DNA of 61,739 nt, counting the filler. It is 5 parts of 5 records of this genome, joined end to end, with 100 filler letters (N's around TTAATTAATTAA, not from the genome) between each part and the next. Parts side by side here need not be neighbours in the genome. Positions count along the whole stretch, not along the records: positions 7,917 to 28,280 come from SRR31156797_5758; 4 more parts are not named here. The stretch is one strand, 5' to 3'. Made by a program: the position numbers and the translations under genes. Positions 18,019 through 27,188 of the stretch are shown piece after piece. Position 1 is the stretch's first letter; each line of letters opens with the position of its first letter. A model generated the notes under the pieces. It saw only the letters and a program-made list of their open reading frames with translations. It had not been told where the DNA came from and did not search any database.

Positions 18019-18845
18019 TAACAGGAAAAGTAGAAAATAATAAAATGTTTCTGTTGACACCGAATCAGGGAGGGATCGAGTCTCGATGCGATAGCGTCAT
18101 GGCATTATTTACAGAGGCATTTAATAAAATTAAAGGAAGCTTTAATTTTAAAGATACTATGTTTTTTATCAACACCTGGGATGCATCTTTTAATATAAAT
18201 AATCAATTAACATTTGGTTTTACTCAAGGGGAGAATGTTGTTACATGTCCAGATTTTACTTTTGATAAATGGGTAGAAACCGGAATTGAGAATTTTGAAT
18301 CAGTTGTAGATAATATAATAAAGAGAGGAAAAGAGCCTTACTCCGTAAATAAATTATTTTGGATAGGTACTTTATCTACTCAGCAATTGAGATACAAATT
18401 GCATGATTTAGGGCAATTATATAAAGATGATTTTGAGATTATATCCATGGAATGGATAAAGGAACATGCTAAAGGCCATAAGCATAAGCAAACACAATAT
18501 GTTAGTTTACCTGATCATTGTAATTATAAGTATTTAATTGATTGTGGTGCAGGAGGCTGGAGTGCGCGACTAAAGTTTTTGTTGTTCACAAACAGACCTT
18601 TGTTTTTAGTAGAAAGAGATATCAATAAGCAAGATTATTTTTATCATCAACTTAAACCATATGTGCACTATATTCCACTTTGGCAAGATCTAAGTAACCT
18701 TAGGTCACAATATGAATGGGCTGAAAATAATTATGATAAAGCATGTGAGATAGCAAAAAATGCACAAAAGTTTGCCGTTGAAAATTTAAATAAAGAAGAA
18801 GCATTAATGTATTTGGCAAACCAAATGCTACTACAATTTACTTAA
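18006..18845 (+). CDS. Glycosyltransferase family 90 (CAP10/Rumi-like) protein
   Basis: CPDFTF..W, KLFWIG, YKYLIDCGAGGWSARLKFLL, YHQLKPYVHYIPL..DLSNL and EIAKNAQKFA form the CAP10/Glyco_transf_90 signature. Confidence 0.82.
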   Translation: MQSIVTGKVENNKMFLLTPNQGGIESRCDSVMALFTEAFNKIKGSFNFKDTMFFINTWDASFNINNQLTFGFTQGENVVTCPDFTFDKWVETGIENFESVVDNIIKRGKEPYSVNKLFWIGTLSTQQLRYKLHDLGQLYKDDFEIISMEWIKEHAKGHKHKQTQYVSLPDHCNYKYLIDCGAGGWSARLKFLLFTNRPLFLVERDINKQDYFYHQLKPYVHYIPLWQDLSNLRSQYEWAENNYDKACEIAKNAQKFAVENLNKEEALMYLANQMLLQFT

Positions 18846-18855
18846 AAAACGAATT

Positions 18856-19617
18856 ATGCAGGAAGTAAAACAAAAACAGGCTTTTTTATTATTAAGCAAT
18901 AATCCTTCAGATAAAATTATTTCGCTCTACAAAGATATTCAAGAGGCAACAAAGGGTATGGGCGATGCTTATTTTTTATTTCATTCTAACTTAGGTATTA
19001 TTCCAGATAAGATAAGTAAGCTAAACTATTTTTCGTTTTCAAATAAAGATTTATTTGATCTAAAGTACATTCCTTTAGAACCCAAGTTTATGCCAATTAG
19101 CTCCCATTTTCCTTTATTCTATTTTTACTTAAACCATAGAAATTATAGCCAATATTGGCTCATTGAAGATGATGTAAGGTTTAATGGAGATTGGTTCGAT
19201 TTCTTTAGTTCTTTTATTAATGATCAATCAGATTTTATTTCAAGTCATATAAAACATTTTTCAGAAAATAAACAATGGGATTGGTGGAATTCATTACGAC
19301 ATAGTAAAATAAATATTCCTCATGAAAGTAGAATTAGGTCTTTTAATCCAGTATGCAGGTGTTCAAATAAAGCGCTTCATTTACTTCATAATGAACTTCG
19401 AAATGGATGGATCGGACATCATGAAGTGCTGCTACCCACTTTGCTGAAGCAAAAAGGATTAAAGTTATTAGATATTAGTGGAGAAGGTGATTATAAAAAT
19501 ACAGATGTAAATATCAAGTTTTGTTCGGATGAAACCATGAGGTTCAGGCCTGCTTTTAAACAGGTCGGAGATGAACAAAATGTATTGTATCACCCTATTA
19601 AAGAATCTCTGGTTTGA
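18856..19617 (+). CDS. DUF3405-like putative glycosyltransferase
   Basis: YSQYWLIEDDVRFNGDW, WDWW, RSFNPVCRCS, GHHEVLLPTL and LYHPIK. The ExD motif suggests a GT-A-like fold. Confidence 0.55.
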   Translation: MQEVKQKQAFLLLSNNPSDKIISLYKDIQEATKGMGDAYFLFHSNLGIIPDKISKLNYFSFSNKDLFDLKYIPLEPKFMPISSHFPLFYFYLNHRNYSQYWLIEDDVRFNGDWFDFFSSFINDQSDFISSHIKHFSENKQWDWWNSLRHSKINIPHESRIRSFNPVCRCSNKALHLLHNELRNGWIGHHEVLLPTLLKQKGLKLLDISGEGDYKNTDVNIKFCSDETMRFRPAFKQVGDEQNVLYHPIKESLV

Positions 19618-19663
19618 TTATCTATTAATATTTTAAGAATACATGTAATCCTTTGTAATTTTC

Positions 19664-19671
19664 TATATTTG
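19664..19671 (+). promoter_or_regulatory. Bacteroidota -7 promoter element (TAnnTTTG) for yaaA
   Basis: TATATTTG lies 47 bp upstream of ATG 19718. Confidence 0.55.
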
Positions 19672-19717
19672 CTTGAATCCGAACAAAAGTTGTCTATTAC
19701 AGTTTATTCTTATAAAA

Positions 19718-20488
19718 ATGCAAATCGTAATTTCTCCGGCTAAGTCTCTCGATTTTGAGACTCCACATCAAATAAAAACACAAACATCTTATCGACTTGT
19801 TGAAGAATCAAAAGAACTAGTTAAAGAACTGAATAAGTTCAATGTCTCAGATTTAGAAAAGCTAATGAAAATTAGTACAAAACTTGCTGAGCTTAATTAT
19901 ATGCGTTTTAAGGAGTGGAAATATCCATTTGAACAAGAAGAAAGTAAGCAGGCTGTATTTGCATTTAAAGGCGATGTTTTTACAGGATTAGATGTGTATT
20001 CTTTATCAGAGAACGATGTGGATTATTTGCAAGATAAATTAAGAATTCTATCGGGTTTGTATGGTATACTTAGGCCTTTAGATATGATTTTACCTTATCG
20101 TTTAGAAATGGGAACTAAACTACCTCTTTTAAAAAATAATGGTTTGTACGGTTTTTGGGGTAGTAAAATTACAAACTTGTTAAAAAAGGACATGGAGGAA
20201 AATGGGCATAAAGTTCTGGTAAACCTGGCATCCAATGAATATTTTAAATCGATAAAGGTTAAAGAATTAAATGTGCCGGTAGTAACGCCTGTTTTTAAGG
20301 ATTTGAAAAACGGAGAATATAAGATGATCAGTTTTTATGCTAAAAAAGCACGTGGACTTATGACCAGATTTATTGTCCAAAATAAAATTAATAATCCAGA
20401 AGACTTAAAAGCTTTTGATTCTGAAGGCTATTATTATAACAATCAATTATCTAAGCAAAATCAGCCTGTTTTTACAAGAGATCATTAA
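19718..20488 (+). CDS. yaaA: Peroxide stress protein YaaA (UPF0246)
   Basis: MQIVISPAKSLD, LRILSGLYGILRPLD..PYRLEMG, NLASNEY and SFYAKKARG. ATG 19718 is preferred over the upstream TTG. Confidence 0.95.
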   Translation: MQIVISPAKSLDFETPHQIKTQTSYRLVEESKELVKELNKFNVSDLEKLMKISTKLAELNYMRFKEWKYPFEQEESKQAVFAFKGDVFTGLDVYSLSENDVDYLQDKLRILSGLYGILRPLDMILPYRLEMGTKLPLLKNNGLYGFWGSKITNLLKKDMEENGHKVLVNLASNEYFKSIKVKELNVPVVTPVFKDLKNGEYKMISFYAKKARGLMTRFIVQNKINNPEDLKAFDSEGYYYNNQLSKQNQPVFTRDH

Positions 20489-20620
20489 TACATAAAAGGT
20501 TAGCTAAAATATTTGCAGCCATAAAAATAATTGAAGACCTCGAGGTAGTTTATTGATTTATTAAAGAATTTTCGTAACTTATTTGATGCGATTATTAACC
20601 TAAATCAAAAATCTATTGTC

Positions 20621-21334
20621 ATGGCAGAAAATCATATTATAGAACGTTATGGTAATCTTTTGAAGGAAGAACAATTGGTTACTATGAATGATAAAATAAT
20701 GCCCAATACATTTGTGTTGGAGGCACGTGAACCTTTTCCTGGTTTTTTTAATTATTACAGTGACCGGCCTAATGAAACAACGCCACTGTATATATATTTA
20801 GTTGTTGATCAGTTGTACACGCTGGAGGAGGTTACCAGAGCTCGCCAGAATATTAAAAAATATTTCCCTTCTAATTTTCATGCTGATGCAGGGACAGTTA
20901 CTGTTTATAATAAAATGTATCATGTTATTAGAATTAGGCATCTGGAAAAATATGATCAGATTAAAGGTTTACAAACTGCATTTATGGACGAAGGAATTGT
21001 ATTTAAAAAGAAACCTGGGAAAAAGATTGAAGCACCCGGAATAATTCGACTTAAGAAGTTCTTTCATCTGAAAAATGTAGGAGAAGGTTTATATTTAGAT
21101 CAGGTAGAAGAAGATCATGGCTATATTGTTTTACCTCGTCATGTAAAATGGGCTGAATTTGAAGAACTAACCAGGAAGGCCAAGTATAATTGGGATGGAA
21201 ATATGTTTGATGCTGCCTTAGGTCACTTTCACCACAACTTTGATATTCAGGATATGATTAGAATTTATAATCCTAATATTGATTTAGATTTGTTGAAGAA
21301 TATTCAAAAAGTATACATGGAACAAATCAAATAA
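20621..21334 (+). CDS. Conserved hypothetical protein (Bacteroidota)
   Basis: 237-aa ORF with normal composition, followed by a terminator. No motif recognised. Confidence 0.75.
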   Translation: MAENHIIERYGNLLKEEQLVTMNDKIMPNTFVLEAREPFPGFFNYYSDRPNETTPLYIYLVVDQLYTLEEVTRARQNIKKYFPSNFHADAGTVTVYNKMYHVIRIRHLEKYDQIKGLQTAFMDEGIVFKKKPGKKIEAPGIIRLKKFFHLKNVGEGLYLDQVEEDHGYIVLPRHVKWAEFEELTRKAKYNWDGNMFDAALGHFHHNFDIQDMIRIYNPNIDLDLLKNIQKVYMEQIK

Positions 21335-21337
21335 ACG

Positions 21338-21359
21338 AAAGCTCCTTTTAGGAGCTTTT
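21338..21359 (+). terminator. Intrinsic terminator
   Basis: AAAGCTCCT-TTT-AGGAGCTTTT immediately after the stop at 21334. Confidence 0.75.
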
Positions 21360-21440
21360 GAACTACTTGGTCTAATAAGTTTTTTAAATTAATTAACATA
21401 TAAATGAACTATAATTGTCGGAATATTAAGAGGGAATAGT

Positions 21441-21448
21441 TAGGTTTG
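21441..21448 (+). promoter_or_regulatory. Bacteroidota -7 promoter element
   Basis: TAGGTTTG just upstream of the 5'-nucleotidase gene pair. Confidence 0.5.
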
Positions 21449-21468
21449 TACATGTAGTAATTTATAAT

Positions 21469-22236
21469 GTGAGCTTAATGAATTTACATAATTATTTTCT
21501 CGTATTCTTTTGTGTTTTGTTGTTCAGTTCCTGTCAGCAAAAATATAAAACCCAAGGCTATACTGGCCAAAATATTTCCATAGATAAGCAACTTCCTGTA
21601 GATTCAAGTATGGATTCTGTCATATACCCCTTCAAACATAAGATTGATGAACAGATGGACAGGATAATTGGTCACAGTACAATCGAATTACTTGCATATA
21701 AACCAGAGAGTCCTCTTTCAAACTTTGTGTCAGATGTTATTTACAGCAAAGCACAACGATATTTAAAAGACAATAAAGCAGATTCACTTTCATTAATAGC
21801 TTTAATGAACATTAAAGGAATTAGAGCACCAATTCCAAAAGGAGAAATTACTGTACGTAATATTTTTGAATTGATGCCCTTTGAAAATGAGCTTGTTATA
21901 TTAAAACTTTCTGGGGATAGCATTGTTTCCTTATTTAAAACCATAGCAACATCCGAAGGAGATGGAATTGCTGGAGCCAAGGTAGTTTATAGCAATTCGA
22001 ATATTAAAGGTATTTGGCTTAACAATAAACCATTGGATTTATCTAAAAACTACTATTTGGCTACTTCTGATTATTTAGCTAATGGAGGTGATAATTACAG
22101 TATGATATTAAATCCATTGCGAAGAGATAATGTAGGAATCCGATTGCGAGAGGCAATTATAGATTATATTGAAGAGCTTACAGCCAAAGGAAGAAAAGTG
22201 GAAGCTGAAATTGAGAATAGAATTGTGTTTAATTAG
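21469..22236 (+). CDS. 5'-nucleotidase C-terminal-domain lipoprotein
   Basis: Lipobox-like LLFSSC, PESPLSNFVSD, GIRAPIPKGEIT, MPFENEL and ATSDYLANGGD. The start may be ATG 21478. Confidence 0.88.
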   Translation: MSLMNLHNYFLVFFCVLLFSSCQQKYKTQGYTGQNISIDKQLPVDSSMDSVIYPFKHKIDEQMDRIIGHSTIELLAYKPESPLSNFVSDVIYSKAQRYLKDNKADSLSLIALMNIKGIRAPIPKGEITVRNIFELMPFENELVILKLSGDSIVSLFKTIATSEGDGIAGAKVVYSNSNIKGIWLNNKPLDLSKNYYLATSDYLANGGDNYSMILNPLRRDNVGIRLREAIIDYIEELTAKGRKVEAEIENRIVFN

Positions 22237-22248
22237 ACTAAGAGATCA

Positions 22249-23154
22249 TTGATGAAAAGAAGAAGTTTTATAAAGACAGTTGGATTAGGTTCTGCAGCAG
22301 GTGTAGTTGGTTTATCTTCGTGTATTGGAAATGCAGCTCAATATAAAATTACCATTTTACATACCAATGATGTTCATAGTCATATCGATCCATTTCCGGA
22401 GAATCATCCTTCCTATGCGGGAAAAGGAGGATATGCAAGAAGGTCGGCACTTGTAAAAAAAGTGCGAAACGAAGAAGAGCATGTTTTACTATTAGATTCT
22501 GGTGATATCTTTCAGGGAACACCTTATTTTAATTTTTATAAGGGAGAATTAGATATTCGTCTTATGGGAGATATGCAATATGATGTGGCAACTATCGGTA
22601 ATCATGAATTTGATAATGGAGCAGAGGAATTAGCTAAACAAATCAAAAAGGCAAAATTTCCTTTTGTTAATTCAAATTATAATTTAGAAAAATCTGCTTT
22701 AAATGGACTTTTAAGCAAGTATAAAGTCATTGAAAAAGGTCCTGTAAAAATTGGAATAATTGGTTTGGGAATTCAACTTCAAGGTTTAGTAACACCACTA
22801 AACTGCGAAGGAGTTATTTATAACGATCCGGTTATGGAGGGAGATAAAACTGCAAAATATCTTAAAAAGCAAGTAGGTTGTCATTTAGTTATTGCTTTAT
22901 CTCATTTAGGATATGAGTATAAAAATGATTTTTTAAGTGATATAGATGTGGCAAAAAATACCTCCGGTATAGATGTTATTCTGGGGGGACATACGCATAC
23001 CTTTCTTGATATTCCTACAGTAGTTAAAAACAAAGTTGGTAAAGAAGTGATCATTAATCAGACAGGCTGGGGAGGAATAAATCTGGGGCGTTTAGATTTT
23101 ACTTTTAGCAATAATAAAAAAGAGCGCCAATTGGTTTATAACGCCCAATTATAG
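22249..23154 (+). CDS. 5'-nucleotidase metallophosphoesterase N-terminal-domain protein with Tat-like signal
   Basis: KRRSFIK twin-Arg, ILHTNDVHS, LDSGDIFQG, GNHEFD, LSHLG and GGHTH. Confidence 0.92.
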   Translation: MMKRRSFIKTVGLGSAAGVVGLSSCIGNAAQYKITILHTNDVHSHIDPFPENHPSYAGKGGYARRSALVKKVRNEEEHVLLLDSGDIFQGTPYFNFYKGELDIRLMGDMQYDVATIGNHEFDNGAEELAKQIKKAKFPFVNSNYNLEKSALNGLLSKYKVIEKGPVKIGIIGLGIQLQGLVTPLNCEGVIYNDPVMEGDKTAKYLKKQVGCHLVIALSHLGYEYKNDFLSDIDVAKNTSGIDVILGGHTHTFLDIPTVVKNKVGKEVIINQTGWGGINLGRLDFTFSNNKKERQLVYNAQL

Positions 23155-23230
23155 TTATTGCCAATAAAGTAAAAAGTGTTTATAAAGAAGTAATCGTCCT
23201 ATCTTTGAAAATAAAATAAATAGATAAGAT

Positions 23231-23803
23231 ATGAAGATTCCGATAATAGATCTTACCCTTGAAAATCTGATTGAATTAAAAGAAAAACATGATTACAGTG
23301 AGCATTTTAAACTGGTAGTCTGGCCCAGAGCATTGGTTTGGTTAGGATTAAAGGAGCAGTTTAAAGAGTTTGATACCCTTCATTGGAAAATACATTATAC
23401 TCCGGAAAATATGCATAATAATATGATATCGATGCATATCGGAGATCCAGATGAACAAAAGTTTAATTTTTATTTCCAGATTCCTTTGGTTCAAAAACTT
23501 AGTTTTAATTTGTATCTGGGAGATAGCACCTATAACTTTTTTGAAATACATCCTTTGCTTATTGAAAAAGGCGTTATTAAAAAAGAGGAAATTCCTATTC
23601 AAGCTACTTCTACAATTTTACCACATCTTGTTTTATCTGACTCAAATAGTAAGTATCAAAAGGCTGTTTTGTGGAAAATAAATGAGGAGAATTACAAGGA
23701 ACAAGTTAAAAATGATCCTCTAATTAATTTGCTACTAATAAATTTTAAAAGATTTATACCTCCCTTACAGAATATTATTAATGGAGAATGGATGTTAGGC
23801 TAG
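23231..23803 (+). CDS. Hypothetical protein
   Basis: 190-aa ORF with its own TATCTTTG -7 element (23200-23207) and a downstream terminator. Confidence 0.7.
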   Translation: MKIPIIDLTLENLIELKEKHDYSEHFKLVVWPRALVWLGLKEQFKEFDTLHWKIHYTPENMHNNMISMHIGDPDEQKFNFYFQIPLVQKLSFNLYLGDSTYNFFEIHPLLIEKGVIKKEEIPIQATSTILPHLVLSDSNSKYQKAVLWKINEENYKEQVKNDPLINLLLINFKRFIPPLQNIINGEWMLG

Positions 23804-23830
23804 TTTTTATATCTGGTATGTTTAAATAAA

Positions 23831-23859
23831 AAGCTCTGTATAAATAAAATACAGAGCTT
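23831..23859. terminator. Bidirectional terminator between convergent genes
   Basis: AAGCTCTGTAT-AAATAAA-ATACAGAGCTT, flanked by A- and T-runs. Confidence 0.75.
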
Positions 23860-23866
23860 GAATTTT

Positions 23867-24328
23867 TTATTCGATTGGTAATTGTCGTTTAAAAGTTTCT
23901 TCTAAAGAAATTATTGTTTCTGTAGAAGAGATACCAGTAATAGATTGTAAGCGATCGTGCAACATTTGTTTTAAATCTTCGTTGTTACGAGCGTAAATTT
24001 TAATAAAAATAGCATACTGTCCGGTAGTATAGTGACATTCAGTAACCTGAGGTATCTCTTTTAGCATTTCTACCACCTTGTCAAAAAGACTGGCTTTCTT
24101 TAAAAAGATGCCCATAAAAGCACATGTTTCGTAACCAATTTTAGCAGGACTAATTACGAATTCAGATCCTTTGATTACACCTATGTTCATTAAACGCTGT
24201 ATTCTTTGGTGAATAGCAGCACCAGATACCTTACATTCTCTGGCTACCTCTAAAAAAGGTATACGTGCATTTTTTGTTATAAGAGATAATATCTTTTTAT
24301 CTAAACTATCAATTTGTAGATTGTCCAT
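23867..24328 (-). CDS. asnC: Lrp/AsnC family transcriptional regulator
   Basis: IDSLDKKIL..NARIPFLEVARECKVSGAAIHQRI HTH and ECHYTTGQY. TAATTTTG -7 element on the minus strand at 24387-24394. Confidence 0.88.
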   Translation of the reverse strand: MDNLQIDSLDKKILSLITKNARIPFLEVARECKVSGAAIHQRIQRLMNIGVIKGSEFVISPAKIGYETCAFMGIFLKKASLFDKVVEMLKEIPQVTECHYTTGQYAIFIKIYARNNEDLKQMLHDRLQSITGISSTETIISLEETFKRQLPIE

Positions 24329-24535
24329 TTTGTATTGTTAGCTTATAAATTGTAATAAAACTAAAGGATTTACTAATGATTTGTTGCAAAATTAACAAAA
24401 ATGCCCTGATGTTTCAACAATATTTGTCATGTTATTAAACAAATATTCATTTGAACTTATGATTTGAAATGACGAACAGTAAAAGTTCTAAATGTTGATA
24501 TTCAGTGGTTTTTTGGATGTTTTGGAAGTTGTTAT

Positions 24536-25822
24536 TTAATAAATACTTGGATTTGAGGTGGTTTCGGTTGGAAATTGAAAAACCTTTAAATTGAATTCCG
24601 GGAGTACAGCCAATATATGATCAAAAATATCAGCCTGAATAGCTTCGTAATTGGCCCACTCCTGATCGTTGCTGAATACATAAATTTCAATTGGAAGTCC
24701 TTTTTCAGTAGGTTGTAAATGTCTCACTAAAAAAGTCATGTTATTGTGAATTTTTGGGTGGTGACTTAAATAGCTTTCAAGGTATTTTCTAAAAACACCG
24801 AGATTGGTCAAGCGTCTGCCATTAATGTTGGAAGATTCGTCTATATCAAATTGTTCGTTGTATTGAGAGAGTTCCTCTTCCTTGCTTTGAATGTAATCCT
24901 GTAAAAACTTAACCTTTTTAAACTTTGAAATCATCTGATCATCACAAAATTTAACCGATGTCATATCAATATTTACCGATCTTTTAATTCTTCTACCTCC
25001 AGATTCTTCCATTCCTTTCCAATTGTGAAAGCTTTCACTTACCAAGGCATAGGTTGGAACGGTAGTAATGGTCTTGTCCCAGTTTTGAATTTTAACTGTA
25101 TTCAGTGTAATTTCCAATACAGTACCATCTGTTTTATGAGAAGGCATGGCCACCCAATCGCCCGGCTTTACCATATTATTTGCCGAGAGCTGAATACTTG
25201 CTACAAATCCAAGGATGGTATCTTTAAACACTAAAATAAGAACTGCGGCAATAGCTCCCAATCCTGTAAATACGGCTGTTAGTTTAATATCGAACAGAAT
25301 GGATATAATAATTAAAACACCAACTATTGTAAATATCAATTGTAATCCTTGTACATAACCTTTAATGGGTTTCTCTTTACTATATGGTTGCAAGTCGTAT
25401 ACATCCATTATAGCTTTAAAGAAGGAATCAATCAGAAAAAGAATAATTAAAATAAAGTACACTGCCACAAGATTGTGCATCACTTCATTAATTTCTTTAA
25501 ACTCTTTGAAAATAAAATCCAGGGAAGAGTAAATAATAATGGCCGGAACAAGCAGTGCAGCTCGTTTTATTAGTTTTCGCTTCACAAAAAAGTCATCATA
25601 CTTTGATTTTGTTTTATGCATAAAACGTTCAACTGTTTTTACCAGGTACCTTTTAGCAAAATAGTGTGCGACTTTAGCCAAAATGATAACAATAATTGAA
25701 TAAACAGCAACTTCGATATAATCGATTATTTTTTCGCTTAAACCTGTTTTTTGAAGTAGTTGCTCTAAAGAAGAGCTGATATTTTCTGTTTGGAGTTGTG
25801 TTTTGTTAATGATATCTGACAT
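24536..25822 (-). CDS. Mechanosensitive channel, MscS family (YbdG/MscM-like)
   Basis: FKDTILGFVASIQL, GDWVAMP, TVKIQNWDKTITTVPTY, NWKGMEESGGRRIKR, GLPIEIYVF. TACCTTTG element on the minus strand at 25869-25876. Confidence 0.93.
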   Translation of the reverse strand: MSDIINKTQLQTENISSSLEQLLQKTGLSEKIIDYIEVAVYSIIVIILAKVAHYFAKRYLVKTVERFMHKTKSKYDDFFVKRKLIKRAALLVPAIIIYSSLDFIFKEFKEINEVMHNLVAVYFILIILFLIDSFFKAIMDVYDLQPYSKEKPIKGYVQGLQLIFTIVGVLIIISILFDIKLTAVFTGLGAIAAVLILVFKDTILGFVASIQLSANNMVKPGDWVAMPSHKTDGTVLEITLNTVKIQNWDKTITTVPTYALVSESFHNWKGMEESGGRRIKRSVNIDMTSVKFCDDQMISKFKKVKFLQDYIQSKEEELSQYNEQFDIDESSNINGRRLTNLGVFRKYLESYLSHHPKIHNNMTFLVRHLQPTEKGLPIEIYVFSNDQEWANYEAIQADIFDHILAVLPEFNLKVFQFPTETTSNPSIY

Positions 25823-25891
25823 TAGATAGTTTTTTAAGCATCTATAATTTGTACATTGTAAACTTTTACAAAGGTATAATTTATTGATATT

Positions 25892-27166
25892 ATGAAGAAG
25901 TTTTGGATAACAGTACTATTGTTAATTCCTGTTTTAGCATATAGTCAGTTTGAAGATTTTTTTACAAAAGGAAGTTTAAGAGTGGATTTTGTGTTGACAG
26001 GAAATGATAAAAATACAACAGCTTCCCTTTTTGAATTAAAGAAAGAGCCTTTTTATGGAGGCAACCTAAAAAAAACGATTGATGAATTTGATTATGGAGA
26101 GTTTCGCTTTTCGGTTAAAGATGCTGAAAGTAATGAACTGATTTATTCAAGAGGATTCTGTTCTTTATATGAAGAATGGCAAACGACCGAAGAGGCGCCT
26201 TTGGTTCAGAAAAGTTTTTATCAGACCATCACTTTTCCTTTCCCTAAGAAGGATGTGTTTTTAACAATAGAGCGTAGAAGCAGAGATGGTCAGTTTTATG
26301 AGATTATGTACCAAAAGATAAATCCGGGTGATTTTAGTGTCAATCAATCTCACTTAACAAATGTTGAAACTCATAAAATTGTAGATAATGGAAGCAAGGA
26401 TGAATGTGTGGATATCGTTTTTATAAGTGAAGGGTATACAGCATCTCAAATGGATAAATTCCATAAGGATGTTCAACGTATGTATGATTACTTGATTACG
26501 CAAGCGCCTTTTGATAAATTAAAATCTAAGATTAATTTTTGGGCGGTAGATGCTGTTTCTCAAGATGAAGGGGTAACTGATCCCAGAAAAAATATTTGGA
26601 AGAATACGGTTTTAAAATCGAGTTTTAATACGCTAAATTCAGACAGATATTTGGAAACGGTGCATACCTTTTTAGTGAGAGATTATGCAGCATTGGTACC
26701 TTACGATCAAATTTATATTCTGGCCAATACCGAGAAATATGGAGGTGGCGGTATTTACAATCATTTTTCACTCACTTCGATTGACAATCCACGATCATTA
26801 ACCGTTTTTATTCATGAATTTGGACATGCTTTTGTTGGATTGGGAGATGAATATTTTGGACCGGACGAGATTTACAATGATTATATAAATCAAGATATTG
26901 AACCTTGGCAGGCTAACTTAACTACTTTAAAATATTTTTCTTCGAAGTGGAAGGATTTATTGGATAAAGACACACCAGTTCCAACGCCATCAAATGAACA
27001 ATATTTTAATGTAACAGGCGTTTTTGAAGGTGGAGGTTATGTATCAAAAGGAGTTTATCGACCAGCTTTTGATTGCCGAATGAAGACCAATGAGGCAGAT
27101 GGATTTTGTGAGGTCTGCCAACAGGCAATTGAAAAAATGGTGCTATTTTTAACTACTGACCAATAA
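25892..27166 (+). CDS. Peptidase M64 (IgA peptidase family) with signal peptide
   Basis: DIVFISEGY, YGGGG, HEFGHAFVGLGDEY zinc motif, FEGGGY and YRP..DCRM..FCEVC. Confidence 0.92.
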   Translation: MKKFWITVLLLIPVLAYSQFEDFFTKGSLRVDFVLTGNDKNTTASLFELKKEPFYGGNLKKTIDEFDYGEFRFSVKDAESNELIYSRGFCSLYEEWQTTEEAPLVQKSFYQTITFPFPKKDVFLTIERRSRDGQFYEIMYQKINPGDFSVNQSHLTNVETHKIVDNGSKDECVDIVFISEGYTASQMDKFHKDVQRMYDYLITQAPFDKLKSKINFWAVDAVSQDEGVTDPRKNIWKNTVLKSSFNTLNSDRYLETVHTFLVRDYAALVPYDQIYILANTEKYGGGGIYNHFSLTSIDNPRSLTVFIHEFGHAFVGLGDEYFGPDEIYNDYINQDIEPWQANLTTLKYFSSKWKDLLDKDTPVPTPSNEQYFNVTGVFEGGGYVSKGVYRPAFDCRMKTNEADGFCEVCQQAIEKMVLFLTTDQ

Positions 27167-27188
27167 TTTAAATTTAAATAAAAGCAAT

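Noticed and set aside
15354-19617. GT/glf genes as an ordinary O-antigen or capsule locus
   Set aside because: No wzx/wzy/wzm/wzt, chain-length regulator or initiating transferase is present, and the genes continue the PCAT-HlyD-GT-TolC operon with 11-nt spacing. Kept only as the alternative hypothesis.
21469-23154. Split 5'-nucleotidase as a frameshifted pseudogene or a novelty
   Set aside because: Both halves have their own export signals and are in C-then-N order, the usual two-gene arrangement in Bacteroidota.
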